Source: Octopus sinensis
Taxonomy: Eukaryota
Length of the DNA stretch: 64,000 bases
Reading direction: 5' to 3'
Assembly: GCF_006345805.1 (NCBI RefSeq)
Contig: NC_043003.1
Location: 104,842,001-104,906,000, forward strand
Shown here: piece by piece, positions 24,561 to 38,258 of the stretch
How positions within the stretch are numbered: position 1 is the first letter of the stretch
How the letters are laid out: each line of letters begins with the position of its first letter
The notes under the pieces: model-generated
The model's input: only the letters and a program-made list of their open reading frames with translations
Databases searched by the model: none
Told to the model about the DNA's origin: nothing
Position numbers and translations under genes: made by a program

Positions 24561-25776
24561 TCCAATAATAATAAAGATCAGAATACAATTAATTGTACAT
24601 GTAATTAATTGGCCTGTATATGTCTGTACATGATCTCATAGTAGTATATATAGAGAGATGTGGTAATGTTAAAGAGAAAATAAAGTGAGTTACGTTAGTG
24701 AGTTACCATAGTTGTCCCTTTTCCTTCAAAGACAGCGTTTTGTTCAGCTGGTCAGCCAGACTTTGGCTTACGGAGTTCTTATTTTTATAACTATCCAAAA
24801 CCAGCTAGAAGGATAGACATATTGTTGAGAACAATAGATTTCATTGGCAGTCTGTTATCTCTATTCTAGCTTTTGGTGGCCTAGAAGAGGTTAGAAGGGT
24901 TGAGTGGCAAAGACATTCTGCTTAGTGAAGGCATCTGGCGAATGTAACTGCTGTCACTCACAGAAAAACTATTGTTTTACGGTGAGAAAAGTGCTGTTAA
25001 GTGAAATTTGGTGATCGAGGATCAAATCCAGGTTATGCCTGCATGAAACCACTACATATATATGGGTATATATGTGTGTGTGTGTGTAAGAATATATTGG
25101 CAAGACTTCTTTTTGTACCCCACCCCCAAACCCCTTTATCTTTTTTTTTCTTTATGGAAACCCTCATCTTCAGGTACGAGGATTATGAATCTGAAAAAAA
25201 AATTGGCAAAAATTGGCATTTCAAAAGTTAAATTCCCCCCCACCCCCAATTTTTTCATTTTTGACTTTTTTCAGAAATTTTTTTTTTTTGCATATATTTA
25301 TGATACTGAAAAAAATTTCCAAAAATTTTTGTAAAATTTCAATAAAAAAAAAATTACCCCTCCCCTTGGAGTCTACAGCATAACCACGAAGTTTTGAAAC
25401 ACTTTTTGCCATTGCTCATGTGTCGACTGCTACACTAAAAGTGAAACTTTGGAAGTCGTGTGGTGATGGGTGGGCGACATGGGGAAAGGGTTTTTGGAAA
25501 TTTTAAAAAAATTTTCAGTTTTAAAATGTGGCTGGCCCAATTCTGTTGTTTGTTTCTCTTTATGATTTCCAAATAACTTTTTAAATACATTGAATTCAAA
25601 ATTAGGTGCACATGGAGGAGATGTAACCCACCCACTCCCATACATTAAATAAGCCTTCAATCAGTCATTCCACAGGCTAGAAATAATAGCCAAATCTCAC
25701 ACAAACTCTTGTTCGCACATATTTTTTTGATAAATTCCCACGGTAAACAGATAGGTATTATAAAAAAGTTAAAATA

Positions 25777-26004
25777 AAAAGTTATTGCCAGGAACTTGGG
25801 CTCCTAGCCAAACAAATGCATTGCCCATCTTGTAAAATTATACTAAGCAAAATTTACAAAGTGAAGTGGGCCGGAAGATCTCACTCATAGCGCAGGTTTC
25901 AATGCAACAAGAAAAGTTGTAAGAAGTCAATGAAAAACCAAATACCACTTCGGAAAGGAATTTGGTTTGGCCAAATGAATTTGTCTGGCAAAAAGTTCAA
26001 ATAA
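25777..26004 (+). mobile_element. Merlin/ISXO2-like transposase N-terminal Zn-ribbon relic
   Basis: YCQELGLLAKQMHCPSC...FQCNKKSC..IPLRKGIWFGQMNLS, with one internal stop. Confidence 0.6.
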
Positions 26005-26613
26005 AGTGTTCATTTAAAAAAATGGGTTTTTTTTGTTACAACTGAAAGCGTTGGAAATTTCCAAACTATTTTTTTTTTTTTCTACAAAATGAAGCTTGAA
26101 AGGGCATTTACAAAAAATATGACTTCTGAAATAACAGCCAAATCCCCAACAAACTCTCTTGATACACACCCACACACATCCTTATGTGATGCACATACAA
26201 CATGAATTTATTGAAAATATCAAAGAAATTTCATGTTACATACCGTTGGAATTTACAAGGAATAAACCTCAGAATTATGTTTTCAACATTGTATTCTGGG
26301 ATCCTTGTATTCCATTTTGAAATTTCGAGTGGTGAAAATGTGACAGAAAATGAAATAATAGGAGTGCAGATGCACAATACCTGAAAAGGTAAGCAGTTGA
26401 CTCAGCAAAACATAAAAATAAAAAATAAATGAACATTTTAGTGTAACTTTCTGCCACACTGTATTCATGATAAAATAATGAAGAAAAATATGTGATCGAT
26501 CTAATCATCTTTCTGCAAAGATTAATATCAGAGAAATTTTTCACAGTAAAATTGTGTATAAGAAACAACATTTACTAATCAAATTATGTTATTAAAATAA
26601 ATTACCTCTAACA

Positions 26614-26778
26614 GGCACAGGAGTAGCTGTGTGGTAAGTAGCTTGCTTACCCACCACATGGTTCTGGGTTCAGTCCCACTGTGTGGTACCTTGGGCAAGT
26701 GTCTTCTTCTATAGCCTTGGGTCAACCAAAGCCTTGTGAGTGGATTTGGTAGATGGAAACTGGAAAAAGCCCATCGTA
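26614..26778 (+). mobile_element. Family A SINE (5' half)
   Basis: Head and body match 4286; ends in (TA)n. Confidence 0.8.
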
Positions 26779-26825
26779 TATATATATATATATATTATAT
26801 ATATATATATTTATTATATAGAAGG

Positions 26826-26876
26826 AGCTTCTACAGGACTAGAACTGTTTCATTCAAGAGAAATCTTCAGGAAGCT
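26826..26876 (-). ncRNA. Type I hammerhead ribozyme (mirror copy)
   Basis: AGCUUC-CUGAAGA-UUUC(UCUU)GAAU-GAAA-CAG(UUCUAGUC)CUG-UA-GAAGCU. Confidence 0.75.
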
Positions 26877-27173
26877 AGTTAACAAGAATTGTATTGGCAT
26901 TTATACATTTAGGCAGGTTTAAAGGGGTGTTTGGTGGGGACTTTTTGGGGGTAGGCATAGCGCAAAAAATCATACTTGGGGAGTGGTCAAGGAGTCAGTG
27001 TTAAATTAGATAGGAGAATAAATAAAAAATAAAAATAAAAATAAAAAATAAAATAAAAAATAAAAAATAAAAAATATAAAAAAATAAAAATAAAAAATAG
27101 AAAATAAAAAATATAAAAAAATAAAAAAATAAAAATAAAATAAAAATAAAAAATAAAAAATTAAAATATATAT

Positions 27174-27207
<34 letters not shown>

Positions 27208-28096
27208 ATATTATATATATATATAAAGGGGGGAATAGAGTTTTAGGTAAATAAGGAGATTCTCACTTATACCTCTACACATACACACATATATATACAA
27301 TCACACATACATATACATATCTACACATACACATATATATGTATACATACACACACTCACTTGCATACACGTATACACACATGTATTATATACACACACG
27401 ACCACACATACATATACACACAGAAAAAAATATATTATACACATACACACACATCTACTCACATACACGCATACACACACAAATCCATACACACACATGC
27501 ACACACAGCACACTAGTCCCTATATACACATATATACACATACACACATATATAATACACCCACACATACACATACATACACATATATATACATACATAC
27601 ACATACATATACACATATATATACATACACATATATATATATATATATAACACATGTAATATACATATGTGTACCCATGCATACCTACACATACACACAT
27701 ATATATATATATACATATACAAATACAGACCCATTCCCCTAATTTAATTTTATTATCTTCGTTTATTACTTTGTTATCTTTGGCCGCTTGGTCACAAACA
27801 TCTTGGTTATGACAGCCAGACCATTTATCCGTCTACTGGAAAACAATTACTCATTCACTCACGCACACTCTTTAGCACGTACACTCACTCATTCGTACAC
27901 TCATACGCATACACGCACGCACGCGTTATATTCATACATACATACATCTACATACATTCACGTATATACACATACGTACGCGTACCTACAGATTCATGTC
28001 TACACTCTTAGAAGGCTAGTCTATACTATACACCAATAAATATAAATACACACACACATTCATACATGACACCTACATACAAATACATACATGTAC

Positions 28097-28137
<41 letters not shown>

Positions 28138-28273
28138 CGCGTACCTACAGATTCATGTCTACACTCTTCGAAGGCTAGTCTATACATATACACCCATAAG
28201 TATCAATACACACACATACTACATGTACACCTATATACAAATACATACAAGTACATATATACATACATATATA

Positions 28274-28304
<31 letters not shown>

Positions 28305-28483
28305 TACATATATATATTCATACTAACATGCATACTCAAAAAATAAGTAAATAGTAAATATATATACGCGCAGTTATTCATACATGCATACTCAAAAATA
28401 AATTAAGTATATGTACGTGCAGTTACCTATTATATAGACGGATACATACATATAATAAACTTAACACACATAGATGTATATAT

Positions 28484-28538
<55 letters not shown>

Positions 28539-28644
28539 AGATATATATATATAACTATACACATCACACATACACACACATATATATATATAAATATATA
28601 ACATATACACATACACCTACATATACACATACACACATACATAC

Positions 28645-28678
<34 letters not shown>

Positions 28679-30012
28679 GACACACATACACATACATACA
28701 TACACATACATACATATATATACACATACTTACACATGTACATATAAATACACACATAGATAACTCTACGTACCTACACATACATAAACACACGAGCGTA
28801 CGCGCATATGTACATATACATATACCCATGCACACGCATATATATACATACATACATACATACACATACACACATGTATACACACACACTCACTATACAC
28901 ATATATATCATACACATATATATAAACATATATATATATATGTATACAATATATATATATATATATATATAATATAATATATATATATACACACACAATT
29001 ACATACACCACACATACACACACATATATATACATGTGTGCAAACATACATACATTCTCATACAAGCACACACACTTACATTTACATATATACACACACT
29101 TACACACATATATATACATACACATACATATATACATATATACATACATCATCTACACATATATACACACACACACACACCACACAACGCACATACATAC
29201 ATATATAATATTATAATATACATACACACATATATTATATATATACACACACATATATATTACACACATACAATTTTTTTTACAAAATATAATGTGTGTA
29301 TAATATATATATATGTGTGTATGTAGATATAAATATATAATGTATGTATGTGCGTGTGTGTGTGTGTGTGTTGTTGATATATGTATAGATGTATGTATGT
29401 ATATATGTATTTTGTGTGTATGCATATGTATGTGTAGTATTGTGTATGTATATATATGTGTGTAAGTGTGTGTATATATGTAAATGTAAGTGTGTGTGCT
29501 TGTATGAGATGTATGTATGTTGTGCACACATGTATATATATGTGTGTGTATGTGTGTGTGTATGTATATGTGTGTGTATTATATATATAATATATATTAT
29601 ATTAGATATTATATATGTATACATATTATATATATATGTGTATATATATGTGTGTATGTATATATATGTGTATGTGAGTGTGTGTGTATCCATGTGTGTA
29701 TGTGTATGTATGTATGTATGTATATATATGCGTGTGCCATGGGTATATGTATATGTACATATGCGCGTACGCTCGTGTGTTTATGTATGTGTAGGTACGT
29801 AGAGTTATCTATGTGTGTATTTATATGTACATGTGTAAGTATGTGTATATATGTATGTATGTGTATGTATATGTATGTGTATGTGTGTCTGTGTGTATAT
29901 ATATATATTATATATATATATATATGTATGTATGTATGTGTGTATGTGTATATGTAGGTGTATGTGTATATGTATATATTATATATATATAGGTGTGTGA
30001 TGTGTGTATGTG

Positions 30013-30083
<71 letters not shown>

Positions 30084-31686
30084 TCTATGTGTGTGTAAGT
30101 TATTATATGTATGTATCCGTCTATATAATAGGTAACTGCACGTACATATACTTAATATTTATTTTTTGAGTATGCATGTATGAATAACTGCGCGTATATA
30201 TATTACTATTTACTTATTTTTTGAGTATGCATGTTAGTATGATATATATATGTATATATGTGTATATATATAATAGATATATATATTATATGTATGTATT
30301 ATTATTACTTGTATGTATTTGTATATAGGTGTACATGTATGTATGTGTGTGTATTTATACTTATGGGGTGTATATGTATAGACTAGCCTTCGAAGAGTGT
30401 AGACATGAATCTGTAGGTACGCGTATATATATATATATATATATAATATATTATATGTATATATATATATGTACATGTATGTATTTGTATGTAGGTGTAC
30501 ATGTATGTGTGTGTATTTATATTTATTGGTGTATATGTATAGACTAGCCTTCTAAGAGTGTAGGACATGAATCTGTAGGTACGCGTACGTATGTGTATAT
30601 ACGTGAATGTATGTAGATGTATGTATGTATAATATAACGCGTGCGTGTGTGTATGCATATGAGTGTACGAATGAGTGAGTGTACGTGCTAAAGAGTGTGA
30701 CGTGAGTGAATGAGTAATTGTTTTCCAGTAGACAGATAAATGGTCTGGCGGTCATAACCAAGATGTTTGTGACCAAGCGGCCAAATATAACAAAAGTAAT
30801 AAACGAAGATAATAAATTAAAATTAGGGAATGGGTCTGTATTTGTATATGTATATATAATATATATGTGTGTATGTGTAGGTATGCATGGGTACACATAT
30901 GTATATACATGTGTATATATATATATATATATGTGTATTTAAATATATGTGTATATGTATGTGTATGTATGTATATATATGTGTATGTATGTGTATGTGT
31001 GGGTGTATATATATGTGTGTATGTGTATATAGGTGTATATAGGGACTAGTGTGCTGGTGTGCATGTGTGTGTATGGGATTGTGTGTGTATGCGTGTATGT
31101 GAGTAGATGTGTGTGTATGTGTATATATATATTTTTTTCTGTGTGTATATGTATGTGTGGTCGTGTGTGTATATCTACATGTGTGTTAGCGTGTATGCAA
31201 GTGAGTGTGTGTATGTATACATATATATGTGTATGTGTAGATATGTATATGTATGTGTGATTGTTTATATATGTGTGTATGTTTAGAGGTATAAGTGAGA
31301 ATCTCCTTATTTACCTAAAACTCATTCCCCCCTTTAATATATATATATATATATTATAATATATATATATATATATATAGATTATAATTTTAATTTTTAT
31401 TTTTTTATTTTTATTTTTTATTTGTTTTTTTATTTTTTATATTTTTTATTTCATTTTTTATTTTTATTTTTATTTTTTTATATTTTTTTTGTTATTTTTT
31501 ATTTTTATTTTTATTTTTTATTTTTTATTTTTTATTTTTTATTTTTCTCCTATCTAATTTAACACTGACTCCTGAACCACTCCCCAAGTATTATTTTTTT
31601 GCGCTAGCCTACCCCCAAAAAGTCCCCCACCAACACCCCTTTAAACCTGCCTAAAATGTATAATGCCAATACAATTCTTGTTAACT

Positions 31687-31737
31687 AGCTTCCTGAAGAT
31701 TTCTCTTGAATGAAACAGTTCTAGTCCTGTAGAAGCT
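31687..31737 (+). ncRNA. Type I hammerhead ribozyme, sense to the TMC pre-mRNA
   Basis: Stem I 31687-92/31732-37; CUGAAGA 31693-99; stem II 3 bp plus U.U at 10.1/11.1; GAAA 31712-15; 4-bp stem III; GUA site after 31731. Confidence 0.75.
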
Positions 31738-31820
31738 CCTTCTATATAATAAATTAATTTTACTCTGCTATGTATTGAGTACCTTATTTACTGTGGTTAA
31801 CCCCGAATCAACCCGGGACC

Positions 31821-31851
<31 letters not shown>

Positions 31852-32178
31852 GAGTAAACACATAAATGTGAAACAAGGTGGAAAAAAAAGAGTACTCAAA
31901 TACCAGTGGTAGAGTAATATGCTTTATTCAAAAGCAGCAGAAAATTCAACAAAACCTGTTGCTCTGAGTTTCCCGTTGCCGTTCATGAATGAACGCATAA
32001 TGTGGATTCGATCTTCAATCACCAAATTACACTTAACAGTTCAACAGCACTTTTCTCACAGTAAAACAGAAGATGAAAACAAAAATTTGCTCACAAAATT
32101 TTTTCAATTCTCTCTTCTGCATAATGGTATTAACAGAAAGGCGGTGAGCTGGCAGAAACGTTAGCACGCCGGGCGAAA

Positions 32179-32278
32179 NNNNNNNNNNNNNNNNNNNNNN
32201 NNNNNNNNNNNNNNNNNNNNNNNNNNNNNNNNNNNNNNNNNNNNNNNNNNNNNNNNNNNNNNNNNNNNNNNNNNNNNN
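32179..32278. other. Assembly gap (100 N)
   Basis: A family B SINE (32138-32178) is truncated on the left and an RTE starts abruptly on the right. Confidence 1.
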
Positions 32279-33309
32279 GTAAAAGGCAGTCTGTATGATG
32301 CATGTGTACGAACAGCCATGCTACATGGCAGTGAAACATGGGCCGAGACTGCTGAGGACATGCGTAAGCTTGCAAGGAATGAAGCCAGTATGCTCTGATG
32401 GATGTGTAATGTCAGTGTGCATGCTTGACAGAGCGTTAGTACCCTGAGAGAAATGTTGGACTTAAGGAACATCAGTTGTGGTGTGCAAGAGAGACGATTG
32501 TGCTGGTATGGTCATGTGGCGAGAATGGATGAAGATAAGTTTGTGAAAAAGTGCCAATCCCTAGCAGTGGAGGGAACCCGTGGAAGAGGTAGACCCAGGA
32601 AAACTTGGGCTGAGGTGGTGAAGCACGACCTTCGAACTTTAGGTCTCACTGAGGAAATGACCAGCGACCGAGACCTTTGGAAATATGCTGTGCGTGAAAA
32701 GACCAGGCAGGACAAGTTAGTCCAGCCCACTTATGCATGCCTTTCCTCCCTTGGACACACAAAGACCTGTTGAGGCAAGCGAAGTCGATATCGAACCTCA
32801 TCCGACGACAGGCACCTATGCCTACCCCCCTTTGCTTGCGAAGACCTGTTGGGGCAAGCGAAATCGGAATCGAAATTGAACCAATCCTATGACTGGCACC
32901 TGGCAGATGCCAGGACCCCTGGACTGGAGATACGTAAAAAGCACTATCCGAATCGTGGCCGATGCCAGCGCCGCCTCGACTGGCTTCCGTGTTGGTGGCA
33001 CGTAAAAAGCACCATCCGAATCGTGGCCAAAGCCAGTGCCGCCTCAACTGGCTTCCGTGCAGGTGGCACGTAAAATGCACCAATCCGACCGTGGCCGATG
33101 CCAGCCTCGCCTGGCTCCAGAGCAGGTGGCACGTAAAAAGCACCCACTACACTTACGGAGTGGTTGGCGTTAGGAAGGGCATCCAGCTGTAGAAACATTG
33201 CCAGATAAGACCGGAGCATGGTGCAGGCTTCTGGCTTTCCAGATCCCCGGTCGAACCGTCCAACCCATGCTAGCATGGAAAGCGTACATTAAACGATGAT
33301 GATGATGAT
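32279..33309 (+). mobile_element. RTE LINE: ORF2 C-terminus, 3' UTR and (GAT)n tail
   Basis: LYDACVRTAMLHGSETWA..RRLCWYGHVARM..GTRGRGRPRKTW. Confidence 0.9.
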
Positions 33310-33312
33310 ATA

Positions 33313-33737
33313 TTGGGTTGTCTGGAAGGTCTGTACCGATTTTTAAAGGAAAGAAAAATGCCATTACATTTTTAATCAACCAAATATGGACCATTTTGTT
33401 GCACAATGCGTCTCCATCTTTCCTTTAAATTGAAAATACCTTCTTCCCAGAATTGAGGTGGTTTCATGGCAAGGTATCTTTTTACGTCATCCAAGAAATT
33501 TAAATTTTTCCATTAAGACTATTCTGCAGAGACCTGAATAAGTGGAAATCCTAAGGAGCAATATCTGGTGAATACGGAGGGTGGGGTAACACATCCCAGT
33601 CGAGCTGCAGCTATTTTTGTCTGGTTCCCAAAGCACCAAGTTCCGAAAATGAACTTTCTTATCTTCCATTTTAAAGGGTTTCAGAATTAACACAGGTTAA
33701 AGGAACATAAATCTTCTTCCACGAAAATATGTCTTAA
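33313..33737 (-). mobile_element. Internally deleted mariner
   Basis: TIR TA|TTGGGTTGTC; MEDKKVHFRNLVLWE is joined directly to WDVLPHPPYSPDIAP*DFHLFRSLQN..RWRRIVQQNGPY. Confidence 0.8.
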
Positions 33738-35402
33738 ACTGTGCTCTATGATTTTTTATTTCCCATAAAGGGTTTACATAGAGGGAACATCACAATACAT
33801 TAGGGACATAAAACACCAAAAATTAAACTAAAAATATAATAGTATGATAAAAGGATGATAAGGGTGAAAATGAAAAAATGGAAGCAACGTTAACCGCCCC
33901 ATCAGTCAACATCACTTACTTGCCCTCTTTCCCTATATCAGTGAAAAAGTTACGTAGTCCTCTAGTTTCACCCCATATCGCTTCTCAAGTTTGTATTTCT
34001 TTTCCGAGTCCTACCTCCCCTTTATTAGCATAGAAACGTTTTTGAGTTCCTTTTCAAGTTCTTTCACTTGGTTTTTTTTTGTTAATACTACTTCCAGACC
34101 CTCATTCCAGCTGCCTGGCAATTCAACCTTGCCCCAATCCTTCAATATTTCAAATACATCTTCATCGTCTAGTATACCTACACAATGGTCTGCGGGACGG
34201 GAATTCTGTGAGTTATCCTGTGTGTCTGTTTTCTTGTTGGTGAAAAGTGCGTAGGTTTAGTGTCTGCAAAGGAAGGGTGGGGCACAAAGGGTGCGGGTGG
34301 GCTGGGGTTCAGTATAGTTTGCTTTTGTCTTTTCCTCTTCTTCCTTTTTCCCATGGATTCCCATTCTGCTGGATCCTCTTCTTCGACCATTTGTTCTTTT
34401 TCCATTTCTGCCTCTTTCTGGGGTTCTTCTACTTCTTTTGTTAGTTTCTTCATTGTTTCCTTGACTAGTAGAGGGCAATTAGCTCTTATGTGGCCTTTCA
34501 AGCCATATTTGAAACACCAAGGAGCTCTGCACTCGCCCCATACTCTTTGTAATGGTTTCTGATAAGCGTTCCAACACTTCCGTGTCTGCCTGGATGCTCA
34601 TCTCTAGTGTTCCTCCTCTCCATCCTCCTTTGCCCGATATCGTGGCTTGAAGGATGTCTACTTTGTCCTCATTTTCAATGAGGATGGCTGCCACTATCCA
34701 CTCTGTTTCTATGTCTGGTGGTATTCCTTCCACCCTGATCCTGGTTGTTCTCCTTCCCAGATATGAGGGTAGAAGGAATACTTTGTCTGTTTTAATCATT
34801 CTTGCTGCCATCCTCCTAGCAATCTCTTCTGACTTAAACTGTACAATCACAGTGCCATTCTCGTTCGCTCTTGTGAGGAAAATTATTTCTTCTTCTGTCG
34901 TTCTTAAAGCCTCCTCCACTGTTTCAATACCAACAAAATCTATTCTTTTTTCTGTGGTGAATACTCTGTACGTTATTGTCTTCCTCTTGAAACTGTTTTT
35001 TCTTTTCCTTGGCAGTGACAACTCGGCATCTCTGCCTACTTTCTTTATCATATCTTGACAATCTAGCAACTTAAACAAGTCTACCTCTTTTCTAGTTGGC
35101 TGCATCGCTCCTGCGTATGTTGCTCTTCCTTCCAACACCATGTCCAACCTACTGACCGCCTTTGCCAACTCCTCCTCAGAGTTTGACAAGTCCAACTCAC
35201 TGAGGTCCGAATAAACGTTTTTCCTCGCCATTTCTTCCTCCCCGCCTTAGGGAAGGGTACAACAGCCTTTCCGTTTGTCACAAAACAGACAAACAAAATT
35301 CAACAGTAGCATTTAATTATTTTCCACAAAAAATACACCAGACAAAACAACTACTCACAGGTTGAAAAAAAATGACTCGCTGAGTAAACAACGATAGCTT
35401 GG
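33738..35402 (-). mobile_element. ORF1-only (gag-like) retroelement, copy 1: 5' UTR, frameshifted ORF1, 3' UTR
   Basis: ATG at 35231; RRM-like TRIRVEGIPPD; knuckle CFKYGLKGHIRANC; E/K-rich linker; C-terminal DHCVGILDDEDVFEILKDW; ~170-nt UTR; no EN or RT. Confidence 0.65.
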
Positions 35403-36485
35403 ACTGTGCTTTATGATTTTTTAATTTCCCATACAGAGTTTACATAGAGGGGACATCACAATATATTGGGGACATAAAACACCAAAAATTAAAATTAACA
35501 CAAAAATATAAATGTATGATAAGAGATGAAAAGGGTGAAAATGAGAAATGAAAGTGATGTTAACCGCCCCATAAGTCAACATCACTTACTTGCCCTCTTT
35601 CCCTATGTCAGTAAAAAAAATATGTAGTCCTCTAGTTTCACCCCATGTTGCTTTTCGAGTTCATACCTCCTATCCGATTTATTAATAAATAAACGTTATT
35701 AAGTTCTTCTTCCAGTTCTTTTACATGGTCCCTTGATTACACTACTTCCACCCCCCTCCTCATTCCAGCTGTCTTGCAATTCCACCTTTCCCCAATCCTT
35801 CAATGTTTCAAATAAGTCTTCATCGTCTATTACACCTACATAATGGTCTGCGGGACAGCAGTTTTGTAAGTTATCCTGTGTGTCTGTTCTCTATTTTCTT
35901 GTTGGTGGGGAGTTGGTAGGTTTAGTGTCTGCAAGGGAGGGGTGGGCCACAAAGGGTGCGGGTGGAGCTGAGGTGGGTTGGGGTTCAGTATAACTTGCCT
36001 TTTTTCTTTTTCTCTTGGATTCCCATTCTGCTGGAGCCTCTCCTTCAACCACTTGTTTTTCTTCCACTGTTGTCTCTTTCTGTTCTTCCTGGGGTTCTTC
36101 TACCTCTTTTGTTGGTTCTTTACTTGGTTCCTTCACTAGTGGAGGGCAATTAGCTTTTATGTGGCCCTCCAGGCCACACTTGAAACACCGAGGAGCTCTG
36201 CCCTCCACCCATACTCCCAAAGTTACATCACCCATTGTAATCGTCTCAGACAAACTTTCCAACACTTCTGCGTCTGCCTGGACACTCATCTCTAGTGTTC
36301 CTCCTCTCCATCCTCCTTCGTCTTTTATCGTGGCTTGAAGAATGTCTACTTTTCCTTCATTTTCGATTATAATGGCTGCCACTATTCACTCTGCTTCTAT
36401 GTCTGGTGGTATTCCTTCCACCCTGATCCTGGTTGTTTTCCTTCCCAGATACGAGGGTAGAAGGAATACTTTATCCGTTTTTATT
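35403..36485 (-). mobile_element. ORF1-only element, copy 2 (5'-truncated), head-to-tail with copy 1
   Basis: Intact CFKCGLEGHIKANC (CX2CX4HX4C); same 3' end ...atcata(a/g)agcacagt. Confidence 0.65.
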
Positions 36486-36621
36486 TTGAAATACAGATTG
36501 AGGTTGTAATTTGATATCTGTGATGAATGGTCAGTTTACACAAACTTGCCACTAAAAATTACTAGCTTTATAAATTTATAGTATATGTATATGTATACAC
36601 ACACTCATACATATATATATA

Positions 36622-36667
36622 TGCGCTAACATGCTCGAGCGTATACAAGTACGCCTCATTATGCGCA
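36622..36667 (-). ncRNA. Decayed hammerhead next to (TA)n
   Basis: UGCGC-AUAAUGA-G-GCGUA..UACGC-UC-GAG-CAUG-UUA-GCGCA. Stems are retained; the core is mutated. Confidence 0.45.
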
Positions 36668-37585
36668 GCATTAAATACATGGATTTACACATACATCTCC
36701 ACACATATCTACAGTTACACCCTAGTAAACATATATACATACACTACGATATCCGCCTATCCTTAAACATATGTACATATATAGATATAAATACACACAC
36801 ACATATCTATACACACACAGACACACATATATATACATATACATACACATACATATGTATACATATATATATATATATATATCCCCATGTATAGTATCCG
36901 CATTCATTCATGCACTTCCATCCATGTGTATACACACATACATTACATCTTATAAGTGTATATCTTGTTTTTGAGTACATAACAGTTATAATTTAATATA
37001 CTGTTCTCCATAGATTGAGTTCCATATATTTAAAAGTTTTTTTGAAAAGAAGGGTTTTTTTTTTTTAATCTATCTATGACAAATACAATAGGCCTGTCAT
37101 TAAGTAACCACAAGTTGGAGTGATCGATTATCAGTAAAGGGAATGAATTAAAAGGAAAGAAATAAAAGAAGTAAATATACATATAAGTGATAAAAGGGAG
37201 TAGTAGGGTGTAGCAAATTAACAATAAATGAAGTAGTTGGTATAGAGATATGAGTTTCTATAGGAATAGAGCTATGTCAGAATCATTTTTACAAAAAATA
37301 GTTTTACAAGGATCATTTAAAAAAAAAACATGATTGTGAGAGAGCATTAAAATTAGTAAAATACTGACAGAATAAACTGGTGATATTAGAAAGATGTAAG
37401 ATATCAAGAATGTGTCAGTAATAATATAGTGATTGGGAAAATATATATTAATTGGGGAGATTTCAAGATTATCCACCTGTGTATTTTGATTGTTTAGGAA
37501 GTGTATGAAGTTAAAAAAGTCCAGGTTCCTATTTACCCATTATTACTAGTATAATATTCATCATCATCATCATCATCATCATCAT

Positions 37586-37747
37586 GCAGGAGTGGCTGTG
37601 TGGTAAGTAGCTTGTCTACCAACCACATGGTTCCAGGTTCAGTCCCACTGCGTGGCACCTTGGGCAAGTGTCTTCTACTATAGCCTCAGGCCGACCAAAG
37701 CCTTGTGAGTGGATTTGGTAGACGGAAACTGAAAGAAGCCCGTCGTA

Positions 37748-37799
<52 letters not shown>

Positions 37800-38012
37800 T
37801 GTGTGTGTTTGTGTGTCTGTGTTTGTCCCCCTAGCATTGCTTGACAACCGATGCTGGTGTGTTTATGTCCCCGTTACTTAGCGGTTCGGCAAAAGAGACC
37901 AATAGAATAAGTACTGGGCTTACAAAAGAATAAGTCCCGGGGTCGAGTTGCTCGATTAAAGGTGGTGCTCCAGCATGGCCGCAGTCAAATGACTGAAACA
38001 AGTAAAGAGTAA
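37586..38012 (+). mobile_element. Family A SINE
   Basis: Matches 4286-4680. Confidence 0.85.
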
Positions 38013-38029
38013 AGAGAGAGAGAGAGTAT

Positions 38030-38258
38030 CATCATCATCGTTTAGCGTCCGCTTTCCATGCTAGCATGGGTTGGATGGTTCAACTAGAGACTGGGAAGCC
38101 AGAAGGCTGCACCAGGCCCAGTCTGATTTGGCAATATTTCTACGGCTGGATGCCCTTCCTAACGCCAACCACTCCGTGAGTGTAGTGGGTGCTTTTTACG
38201 TGCCAGACGAGGCTGGCAAACGGCCACGATTGGATGGTGCTTTTTACGTGCCACCGAT
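38030..38258 (-). mobile_element. RTE LINE 3' end
   Basis: (CAT)n tail and 3' UTR. Confidence 0.7.

Larger units (their letters stand above)
26810..31750. repeat. ~4.9-kb fold-back: two ~2.45-kb low-complexity arms with a hammerhead at each outer end
   Basis: Unique anchors mirror each other: 26821-27020/31550-31745, 27730-27860/30715-30840, 28400-28460/30110-30180, 28740-28830/29730-29830. Centre at about 29270; flanked by TA tracts. Confidence 0.85.

Noticed and set aside
26325-26392. AAG|gtaagc donor with a possible exon
   Set aside because: Weak GAG acceptor and stop codons in all frames.
27301-31260. Many 60-146 aa ORFs rich in Y/I/H/T/C/V/M
   Set aside because: They are translations of (CA)/(TA)/(TATG) microsatellites. 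The same applies to 14150-14506, 19703-20200 and 58855-59086.
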